Origin: Bacteroidota bacterium
GTDB lineage: Bacteria; Bacteroidota; Bacteroidia; Bacteroidales; VadinHA17
Length of the DNA: 64,000 bases
Direction of reading: 5' to 3'
Assembly (NCBI GenBank): GCA_003250475.1
Contig: QKGI01000065.1
Location: forward strand, 15,240 to 79,239
Under the pieces are notes generated by a model. The model saw nothing but the letters and a program-made list of their open reading frames with translations. It was not told the DNA's origin and ran no database searches. A program made the position numbers and the translations under genes. Shown here piece by piece: positions 57,073 to 64,000 of the stretch (the first letter of the stretch is position 1; each line of letters begins with the position of its first letter).

Positions 57073-57228
57073 CCCCGGTTGTCATTTGATATCATAAATG
57101 ATATACTTTTACAGGTTAATACCCTGAGGATGCTAATTGAGGCATCAGGCGAGGAAGTGGCTGATGCCCTGACAAACACCTTACATATGTTGAAAAGAGA
57201 TACTGAGACTGGCAAAGAAAAGCTGAAC

Positions 57229-59559
57229 ATGGCAGGTTTTATATTATTGAGAGCCAGGCTGAGGGCCTTGTCAGTGCTGACAGGAGTCCTGGCTGTCATC
57301 TTACTGTATGGATGCCGTTGCGGCGATGACAGCACGGCTGACCCGGCTGACCTTGTTAATACTTTGATGGGGACTGATTCCGAATACCTGCTCTCCCACG
57401 GTAATACCTATCCGGCTGTTGCCCTTCCCTTCGGAATGAACTTCTGGACACCACAGACAAGAAGAAACGGCGACGGCTGGGCCTATGCCTATGACGACCA
57501 TAAGCTTACGGGTATCAAGCAGACTCACCAGCCAAGCCCGTGGATCAATGACTATGCGGCTTTCTCCCTGATGCCGGTAACAGGTGGTAACAGGATATCC
57601 GAGGAAGAAAGGGCTTCATGGTTCTCACACAAGGCGGAAGTGGCACGACCATACTATTATAGTGTTTACCTTGCTGACTATGACATAACTGCGGAGGTCT
57701 CACCCACGGAGAGAGCTGCTCTCTTCAGGTTTACCTTCCCGGCTCATGACTCTTCTGCAGTGGTTATAGACGCTTTCAGAGGAGGCTCGATGGTCAGGAT
57801 AATACCGGAGGAAAACAAGGTAATAGGCTATTGCAGGAATAACCATGGTGGCGTTCCCGGTAACTTTCATAACTATTTTGTGATAGTCTTTGACCGTGCA
57901 TTTGATTTTTATTCATCATGCCTTGACGGTGTTCAGAAGCCGGGAGAGAGGGAGCAGGAGGGGGATCACGCTGCCGTGGTGGTAGGCTTCAGAACAGAGA
58001 GAGGAGAAAGGATTACTGCCAGGGTGGCATCATCATTCATATCACCCCGACAGGCATTGCTTAACCTCGAGAGGGAGACGGGAGGACATGATTTTAATGC
58101 GATACGCGATGCCGCTCATGAGAAGTGGACCAGGGAACTGGGCCGTATAAAAGTTGAGGGTGGAACGGATGACCAGGTCCGCACTTTCTATTCAACCCTG
58201 TACCGGACAATGCTTTTCCCGCGTATGTTTTACGAAACGGACAGTGAGGGTAACATTGTGCACTATAGCCCATATAACGGAGAGGTGCTTCCCGGAAGGC
58301 TTTTTACCGACAACGGGTTCTGGGATACCTTCAGGGCTGCAATGCCTCTTGTCACGTTCATGTATCCGGAAGTCAGCTCCGGGATCATGGAGGGCCTGGT
58401 AAATGCTTACCTTGAGAGTGGCTGGCTGCCGGAATGGGCAAGCCCGGGCCATCGTAACTGCATGATTGGGAGCAACTCCGCGTCACTGATAGCAGACGCC
58501 TATCTGAAGGGGATAAGGGGCTATCCTATCGATACCCTGTGGACAGCACTGGTGAGGAATACTCTTGGTCACGGACCGGTTCACTCTGTAGGCAGATACG
58601 GCGCTGAATACTATAATACAATAGGATATGTACCTTATGACACAGGGATAGATGAGAATGTCGCGCGTACTCTGGAATATGCTTATGCCGACTGGTGCCT
58701 CTGGAAACTGGCTCAGGCTCTCGGCAGGCCAAAGGAGGAGGTCGATCTCTATGCTTTGAGGGCACAGAATTATAAGAATGTGTTCGACAGGGAGAGAAAG
58801 TTGATGAGAGGCAGAAACCTTGACGGTACCTTTCAGTCACCCTTCAGTCCTTATAAGTGGGGCGATGCGTTTACCGAGGGCAATAGCTGGCACTATACCT
58901 GGAGTGTTTTTCAGGATATCGCCGGCCTGGCAGAGATGATGGGCGGACCACAACAGATGGCACGTATGCTTGATTCCGTTTTCGTGGTTCCTCCTTTGTT
59001 TGATGATTCTTATTACGGCTTTCCGATACACGAGATCAGGGAGATGCAGGTGATGAACATGGGTAACTATGCTCATGGCAACCAGCCTATACAGCATATG
59101 ATATACCTGTATAATTACACTCCCGAACCGTGGAAAGCGCAGCAGAGGGTGAGAGAGGTAATGGACAGGCTTTACAACTATGCTCCGGATGGCTACTGTG
59201 GCGATGAGGACAACGGGCAGACGTCGGCCTGGTATGTCTTCAGTGCCCTGGGTTTCTATCCGGTTACACCGGGGACAGGTGAATATGTGCTGGGTTCGCC
59301 GTTGTTCAGGAGGGTTGTTGTCACCCTTCCCGACGGTAAGAAGCTGGTTATATCAGCACCGGGGAACAGTCCCCGGAATGTATATGTCAAAGATGTCATG
59401 CTCAACGGCAGGCACCTTGATGTTAATTATGTGACTCATGCCAGCCTGCTGGAAGGAGGAACACTTAAGTTCGTGATGTCCCCGGAGCCTGACAGGGAGA
59501 GGGGCACCGGTGCGGCAGCGTACCCTTACTCGATGAGCAAACAAACCAGTTCTAATTAA
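57229..59559 (+). CDS. GH92 alpha-mannosidase, lipoprotein
   Basis: ORF 57079..59559. The ATG at 57229 gives MAGFILLRARLRALSVLTGVLAVILLYGC (lipobox). GH92 blocks GNTYPAVALPFGMNFWTPQT and YCGDEDNGQTSAWYVFSALGFYPV. The start choice is uncertain (57079, 57130 and 57187 are also in frame). Confidence 0.85.
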   Translation: MAGFILLRARLRALSVLTGVLAVILLYGCRCGDDSTADPADLVNTLMGTDSEYLLSHGNTYPAVALPFGMNFWTPQTRRNGDGWAYAYDDHKLTGIKQTHQPSPWINDYAAFSLMPVTGGNRISEEERASWFSHKAEVARPYYYSVYLADYDITAEVSPTERAALFRFTFPAHDSSAVVIDAFRGGSMVRIIPEENKVIGYCRNNHGGVPGNFHNYFVIVFDRAFDFYSSCLDGVQKPGEREQEGDHAAVVVGFRTERGERITARVASSFISPRQALLNLERETGGHDFNAIRDAAHEKWTRELGRIKVEGGTDDQVRTFYSTLYRTMLFPRMFYETDSEGNIVHYSPYNGEVLPGRLFTDNGFWDTFRAAMPLVTFMYPEVSSGIMEGLVNAYLESGWLPEWASPGHRNCMIGSNSASLIADAYLKGIRGYPIDTLWTALVRNTLGHGPVHSVGRYGAEYYNTIGYVPYDTGIDENVARTLEYAYADWCLWKLAQALGRPKEEVDLYALRAQNYKNVFDRERKLMRGRNLDGTFQSPFSPYKWGDAFTEGNSWHYTWSVFQDIAGLAEMMGGPQQMARMLDSVFVVPPLFDDSYYGFPIHEIREMQVMNMGNYAHGNQPIQHMIYLYNYTPEPWKAQQRVREVMDRLYNYAPDGYCGDEDNGQTSAWYVFSALGFYPVTPGTGEYVLGSPLFRRVVVTLPDGKKLVISAPGNSPRNVYVKDVMLNGRHLDVNYVTHASLLEGGTLKFVMSPEPDRERGTGAAAYPYSMSKQTSSN

Positions 59560-59576
59560 ACATACCAGACACCATT

Positions 59577-60491
59577 ATGACACATTTAAGTTTCAGGGGC
59601 ATCTTCCCGCCATTGCCCACCTCATTTGACAGAGATGAGAATCTCATGCCTGAAAAGATCAGGCAGAACATAACACAGTTATCAGAATATGACCTGTCAG
59701 GTTTTCTTATCCTTGGCTCCAACGGTGAGCAGGTGATGCTCTCTGAGAGTGAGAAGATAGAAGCGATAGCCGCTGCCAGGGAGGCGATACCCCCGGGCAA
59801 GTTGCTACTGGCCGGAACAGGTTGCCAGTCGACGCGTGAGACTATTGCCCTGACAAAAGCAGCAGCGGCAGAAGGGGCGGACGCAGTTCTTGTGATCAAT
59901 CCTTTCTACTATAAGGGCAGCATGAATCATGAAGAGCTGGTAAGGCATTATTATGATGTCGCCGATGCTTCACCGGTGCCGGTGCTGGTTTATAATATGC
60001 CCGGTAATACAGGCATAGACATGACCGCCGCAGCTATCATTGACATGGCCTCTCATCCCAATATAGCAGGGCTTAAGGAGTCAGGTGGCAATGTGGTGAA
60101 AATGGGAGAGGTACTACGTAATGTAAAACCTGAGTTCCGGGTGCTTGCCGGAGGTGCCGGTTTTCTGCTTCCTGCATTGGCCATGGGTGCTTCCGGGGGG
60201 GTCCTTGCCAGCGCAAATATAGCACCGCAGCATTGTATAGATATTTATAAAGCATTCACAACAGGTGAGGCTGACAGGGCAAGGTACCTGCAACAGAGGA
60301 TAATCCCGCTTAATGCCGCAGTAACATCAAAATGGGGCGTCCCGGCCCTCAAGGTGGCAATGGATCATGTCGGATTATGGGGAGGACATGTAAGGAGACC
60401 GCTGCTCCCGTGCGGGGACAGGCTGAAACAGCAAGTTGTTGACCTTCTCAGTGACAGCGAATTAGAAATTTATAACCAACCCGGTGAATAG
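59577..60491 (+). CDS. DapA/NanA-family class I aldolase (dihydrodipicolinate-synthase-like)
   Basis: 304 aa. Family pattern GFLILGSNGEQVMLSESEK.., GADAVLVINPFYYK, VLVYNMPGNTG. Substrate unresolved. Confidence 0.7.
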   Translation: MTHLSFRGIFPPLPTSFDRDENLMPEKIRQNITQLSEYDLSGFLILGSNGEQVMLSESEKIEAIAAAREAIPPGKLLLAGTGCQSTRETIALTKAAAAEGADAVLVINPFYYKGSMNHEELVRHYYDVADASPVPVLVYNMPGNTGIDMTAAAIIDMASHPNIAGLKESGGNVVKMGEVLRNVKPEFRVLAGGAGFLLPALAMGASGGVLASANIAPQHCIDIYKAFTTGEADRARYLQQRIIPLNAAVTSKWGVPALKVAMDHVGLWGGHVRRPLLPCGDRLKQQVVDLLSDSELEIYNQPGE

Positions 60492-60494
60492 ATC

Positions 60495-61616
60495 ATGAAA
60501 GGAAGAAGATTACTGATGATACCCGGTCCGATCGAATTTGAACCGGAGGTGATGACTGCCGTAGGTATGGCAACAACAAGCCATGTGGCTCCTGATTTCA
60601 TAGAGTCATTCGGCCGTTCACTGGAGCTGATGAGAAAAGTCTGGCTTGCTCCGTCAGGGCAGCCGTTTATCATTGCCGGCACCGGCACGCTGGCAATGGA
60701 CATGGCCGGGTCAAACCTTGTCGAACAGGGAGACTCTGTGCTCGTGCTGTCAACAGGATATTTCGGGGAGCGGTATGCGGAACTCCTGGGGCGCTATGGT
60801 GCTGAGGTTACAGTATTGAGAGCCCCGGCAGGAAGCGTCCCCGACATCCATGCTGTAGAGGATGCACTGAAGAGCAGGCGTTACACGATGATGACCTTTA
60901 CACATGTGGATACATCAACAGCAGTGAGGGTTGATCCGGAACCGCTGGGTGCCCTTGGCCAGAAATATGGAGTCATTACAGTACTTGATGGTGTTTGCTC
61001 TGTGGCAGGAGAGACGATCAGGCAGGATGAGTGGCACATCGATGTAGTGCTCACAGCATCACAAAAGGCGGTAGGCGTGCCCCCGGGTCTGGCACTCATG
61101 GTGGTGTCGGAACGTGCGATGGAAAAGTGGCGCAGCAGGAAGACACCTGTCGGAAATTACTACTGTGACTGGCAAAACTGGCTCCCGGTAATGCGCGCCT
61201 ATGAGGAGAGGAGGCCGTCATATTTCGGTACCCCGGCAGTTAACCTGGTATGTGGCCTGGAGGCAAGCCTGAACCTCATACTGAAGGAGGGGATGGAAGC
61301 ACGGTTCGAGAGGCACCGTAAGGCAGGACAGACATTCCGCCTCGCTATGAGAGAGATGGGACTGGGCATGATACCGGTAAGCGAAGAGGTGAGTGCCAAC
61401 ACACTGTCAGCACCTTTCTATCCTGAAGGAGTGAAAGGCGGCGACTTCATGAGGGAAATAGCTGCATCGGATGTAATACTGGCAGGGGGACTCCTTCCGG
61501 AGCTGAAAGACAAATATTTCCGCGTGGGACATATGGGTTCCGTGACACAGGGAGACCTCCTTACTACCGTTTCTGCTATCTCCGGAGCACTGGCTTCCTG
61601 CGGATACAGGAAATGA
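60495..61616 (+). CDS. Class V aminotransferase (serine-pyruvate / alanine-glyoxylate aminotransferase type)
   Basis: 373 aa. MIPGPIEFEP N-terminus, PLP-lysine block TASQKAVGVPPGL, and a FRVGHMG C-terminal motif. Confidence 0.8.
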   Translation: MKGRRLLMIPGPIEFEPEVMTAVGMATTSHVAPDFIESFGRSLELMRKVWLAPSGQPFIIAGTGTLAMDMAGSNLVEQGDSVLVLSTGYFGERYAELLGRYGAEVTVLRAPAGSVPDIHAVEDALKSRRYTMMTFTHVDTSTAVRVDPEPLGALGQKYGVITVLDGVCSVAGETIRQDEWHIDVVLTASQKAVGVPPGLALMVVSERAMEKWRSRKTPVGNYYCDWQNWLPVMRAYEERRPSYFGTPAVNLVCGLEASLNLILKEGMEARFERHRKAGQTFRLAMREMGLGMIPVSEEVSANTLSAPFYPEGVKGGDFMREIAASDVILAGGLLPELKDKYFRVGHMGSVTQGDLLTTVSAISGALASCGYRK

Positions 61617-61666
61617 ATACTTGGTTATAAGAGCCCGGGGTTGATGGACCCTAAGGCAAAAAACAA

Positions 61667-61674
61667 TAAATTTG
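61667..61674 (+). promoter_or_regulatory. Candidate -7 box TAAATTTG
   Basis: Matches TAnnTTTG, 36 nt upstream of the ATG at 61710. Confidence 0.35.
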
Positions 61675-61709
61675 TAACATATTCCACAGTTTAAAAGAAA
61701 TTCCTGATC

Positions 61710-62159
61710 ATGTCACTTTCAGAGAAAATAGCAGGCGACCTGATGGCCGCCATGAAAGCACAGAACAAAGGCGTGCTTGAAGCACTCAGGGCTGCAAAGA
61801 CAGCATTCATCCTCGCCAGGTCGGAGAGAGGCCAGGATACTGTCCTTACACAGGATGAAGAGATAAAAATCATTCAGAAGCTCGTGAAACAGAGGAAGGA
61901 ATCTGCTGTCATATACAGGGAACAGAACAGGCCTGACCTCTACGAGAAAGAGGAAAATGAAGCTTCGGTTCTTGAAAAGTACCTGCCTGCAAAGATGAGC
62001 GAGGCAGACCTCGTGGCCGCCCTGAAAGATATCATCGCCAGGCTGGGAGCAAAGGCACCCTCAGACATGGGAAAAGTCATGGGAGTGGCTACAAAAGAGC
62101 TTGCCGGGAAGGCTGACGGAAGGGAGATATCGGCAAAAGTAAAGGAGCTTCTTGCCTGA
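61710..62159 (+). CDS. GatB/YqeY-domain protein
   Basis: 149 aa. LMAAMKAQNKGVLEALRAAKTAF.. and ..MGKVMGVATKELAGKADGREISAKVKELL are typical of YqeY. Confidence 0.85.
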   Translation: MSLSEKIAGDLMAAMKAQNKGVLEALRAAKTAFILARSERGQDTVLTQDEEIKIIQKLVKQRKESAVIYREQNRPDLYEKEENEASVLEKYLPAKMSEADLVAALKDIIARLGAKAPSDMGKVMGVATKELAGKADGREISAKVKELLA

Positions 62160-62176
62160 CAACAGGGCAGTAAAGA

Positions 62177-62767
62177 TCATTCCGGGTTTTTCTTGTCCGG
62201 TTTCCCTTTATGTTTGAGCAGCCGGAGGATACGCCTCCGTTTTGCAACAAGATCGCTGAGCTCGATCACCATATCAGCATTGACCTTTTTTGCCATGGGG
62301 ATAACGAATTTCTCAGTCTGGTCAAGGTAATCGGAGATCTTCTGTTCAGAATGAGTGTCACGGTGAAGGTCGGTGAGATTGCTTATACGGTCAGCACATT
62401 TGAGTAAAAGAGCCCTTCCCGATCCCTTCTCAAGCACCCTTTGAAGATACTGTTCCTTGGTCTCATCCTTTCTCTTTGTGACCTCCAGGACAAGTTCGAC
62501 AACCTTTGTGCCGTCACCGTCGATCCACCTGATCTCATCCACCTGTGTCTCAGGCATATCCTCAAGAAGATCATGGAGCAGCGACGCTTTCAACAGCACA
62601 CTGTCGGTGAAGAACTTATAGTCAAGCAAAATACCCAGGGTGGAGAAACAGTGCCGGAACTGGTTGCCACCCACATCCCTGTGAACACTGATAAGCGCAG
62701 TGGCTTTCAAAATATACGGTGCAAGTACAATATCTCTCAGGCTTTCCAGGGCTGTCATAAGCATCAT
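62177..62767 (-). CDS. HD-domain phosphohydrolase (RelA/SpoT-hydrolase-like)
   Basis: ORF 62177..62797. ..FRHCFSTLGIL.. and ASLLHDLLEDMPE resemble the (p)ppGpp-hydrolase HD motif. The start is uncertain (ATGs at 62797, 62767, 62764 and 62758). Confidence 0.6.
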   Translation of the reverse strand: MMLMTALESLRDIVLAPYILKATALISVHRDVGGNQFRHCFSTLGILLDYKFFTDSVLLKASLLHDLLEDMPETQVDEIRWIDGDGTKVVELVLEVTKRKDETKEQYLQRVLEKGSGRALLLKCADRISNLTDLHRDTHSEQKISDYLDQTEKFVIPMAKKVNADMVIELSDLVAKRRRILRLLKHKGKPDKKNPE

Positions 62768-62910
62768 TCTGAAAGGATAAAAATAAAGAATCCGCATCAG
62801 GAGCCTGCCGGGGCGCTATACCAAATTATAAACACTGTTTCCACAGTTTAAGCACAGGTGCAAGGTACGGAGTGGATAAATATCAGTGAACATCAGTGAA
62901 CATATTGCCC

Positions 62911-62918
62911 TATCTTTG
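62911..62918 (+). promoter_or_regulatory. Candidate -7 box TATCTTTG for the ABC exporter gene
   Basis: Matches TAnnTTTG, 27 nt upstream of the ATG at 62945. Confidence 0.35.
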
Positions 62919-62944
62919 CCTTTCTTACTACGTGAGTTAATTGC

Positions 62945-64000
62945 ATGGCTGAAAGGAAAAACAATAAAAGCAGCTCGGGCCTGAGAGAGATGTCAAGGTT
63001 GTACAGGTTCCTGAAACCTTATCGATGGAGGTTTGCTCTCGGACTGTTCTTTCTTCTTCTCTCGACATCAGCCAGCCTTATGTTTCCGAAATTACTTGGT
63101 GATATGGTTGACCTTGCCAACAAGGGCAGAATGTCAGCCGAGATTACTCGCACAGGCCTGTTTCTGCTTGCCATACTTGTTGCACAGGCTCTCTTTTCAT
63201 ACACACGCACCAGACTGTTCGTTGTTGTCACGGAGAGGACCCTGGCATCGATCAGGCAACATCTGTATAACCATCTCATAAAACTACCCATGTCGTTCTT
63301 CTCGTCGCGAAGGGTGGGGGAGCTTAACAGCCGCATATCCTCGGATGTATCCTTGTTGCAGGATACGCTTACATATACTCTTGCTGACCTTATCTCCCAG
63401 GTCATGGTGATAATAGGTGGCGTTACACTCATGATGATAAGTTCGTTCAGGCTTACACTTTTTACTCTTGCAATTGTGCCGGCGATATCGCTCCTGGCAT
63501 TCTACTCGGGAAGGGCCATCAGGCGTTATTCCAAAAAGGCGCAGTCTTTTGTGGCAGAGTCGAATACAATAGTTGAAGAGACCCTTCAGGGCATTCAGAA
63601 TGTGAAAGCCTTTACCAATGAGTCCTTTGAGAGCAGGCGCTACCACGATAAGACTGAGGAGGTGGCAAGAGCAGGTATCAAAGGGGGAAGATACCAGGCG
63701 GCCATCTCGTTCATAGTCCTTGGATTTTTTGTTGCGATGGCAGCCGTCATATGGAGAGGGGCAACAATGATCGCCAACGGGCAGATGGAGGCCGGCCAAC
63801 TTTTCTCATTCGTAATATATTCAGGTTTTATTGGGGGTAACATTGCCGGGATGGCAGGTGTTTATACCAGGTTGCAGAAAACGATAGGTGCTTCTGAAAA
63901 CCTTCTCCTGCTGCTTGATGAGCCTGCAGAGAAGATAGACGGGGAATATATTCCTGCCCCGGAATTTACAATCCACGGTCAGATTACGTTCGATGAGGTC
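62945..64000 (+). CDS. ABC exporter, fused permease/ATPase (MsbA-like), 3'-truncated by the window end
   Basis: Not in the ORF track because no stop is reached. My translation from the ATG at 62945 runs 352 codons without a stop: MAERKNNKSSSGLREMSRLYRFLKPYRWRFALGLFFLLLSTSASLMFPKLLGDMVDL...ERTLASIRQHLYNHLIKLPMSFFSSRRVGELNSRISSD...GQITFDEV. That is the type-1 ABC exporter TMD entering the NBD. Confidence 0.85.
   Translation, partial: MAERKNNKSSSGLREMSRLYRFLKPYRWRFALGLFFLLLSTSASLMFPKLLGDMVDLANKGRMSAEITRTGLFLLAILVAQALFSYTRTRLFVVVTERTLASIRQHLYNHLIKLPMSFFSSRRVGELNSRISSDVSLLQDTLTYTLADLISQVMVIIGGVTLMMISSFRLTLFTLAIVPAISLLAFYSGRAIRRYSKKAQSFVAESNTIVEETLQGIQNVKAFTNESFESRRYHDKTEEVARAGIKGGRYQAAISFIVLGFFVAMAAVIWRGATMIANGQMEAGQLFSFVIYSGFIGGNIAGMAGVYTRLQKTIGASENLLLLLDEPAEKIDGEYIPAPEFTIHGQITFDEV

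Noticed and set aside
57079-57228. 50-codon in-frame extension upstream of the GH92 lipoprotein signal peptide, with a hairpin GGCATCAG-(12 nt)-CTGATGCC at 57143..57170
   Set aside because: The acidic, non-signal-like peptide is unlikely to be translated. It is more probably the priA 3' region or the GH92 leader, and the hairpin lacks a T tract.
56721-57335. 204-aa minus-strand ORF spanning the priA/GH92 junction
   Set aside because: It overlaps two well-supported plus-strand genes and has no motifs.
61682-61694. 13-mer TTCCACAGTTTAA shared with 62839..62851
   Set aside because: Chance 13-mer matches are expected many times over in 64 kb on two strands. The positions relative to the promoters are also inconsistent.
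62881-62903. Tandem duplication (T/C)ATCAGTGAA x2 upstream of the ABC exporter gene
   Set aside because: Only two 10-bp units. They could be a small binding site, but nothing else supports that.
63019-63799. Minus-strand ORFs of 137 and 171 aa
   Set aside because: The plus strand here encodes an uninterrupted MsbA-like ABC exporter that the track misses because it has no stop in the window. The minus ORFs are its shadows.
1-64000. Search for mobile elements, prophage, defence islands, tRNA/rRNA/tmRNA genes
   Set aside because: I recognised no integrase, transposase, restriction, Cas, reverse-transcriptase or toxin-antitoxin-like ORFs. None of the longer intergenic regions showed a tRNA-like cloverleaf by eye. 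A tRNAscan/Infernal run would be needed to be sure.

Overview
64-kb chromosomal window that looks like a Bacteroidota genome: many TAnnTTTG -7 boxes, signal peptides cleaved before Gln (the 'Q-rule'), type III glutamine synthetase, an OlsF-like aminolipid synthase, DUF2851 and several GH genes. I call about 47 protein genes, one of them truncated by the window end and missing from the ORF track. By eye I found no rRNA, tRNA, CRISPR array, transposase, integrase or phage genes. Layout: (1) 24-20515 is a glucuronoxylan/xylose locus of two divergent operons around a LacI-family repressor. The minus operon is GPH transporter, GH10, GH3, GH115, SASA-type esterase. The plus operon is lacI, GH67, URO-D-like protein, xylB, xylA, a MetV-MetF fusion and an OlsF-like acyltransferase. 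(2) 20621-36465 is mostly housekeeping: ppiD, a two-subunit Cys-type NAD-linked formate dehydrogenase, glnN, OmpA/TPR/PD40 protein, purM, prfA, pyrF, MFS exporter. (3) 36772-46045 holds a tightly coupled six-gene operon encoding only exported proteins (OmpA-type anchor, LRR protein, four orphans including a paralogue pair), head-to-head with a TPR histidine kinase and NarL-type regulator. (4) 46321-64000 is housekeeping plus GH92: DUF2851, rpsO-pnp, dNK, TPR lipoprotein, trmH-like, sucC, priA, GH92, DapA-like plus class-V aminotransferase, YqeY, HD protein, partial ABC exporter. The items most worth follow-up are the orphan exported operon with its two-component system, the URO-D-like and MetV-MetF genes inside the (4-O-methyl)glucuronoxylan operon (possible anaerobic O-demethylation/C1 link, hypothesis only), and a GTCT-based intergenic repeat family (69-bp hairpin core in two near-identical copies, flanked by 7-8-bp microsatellites at three loci). 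All functional calls rest on motif recognition by eye. No database search was run.
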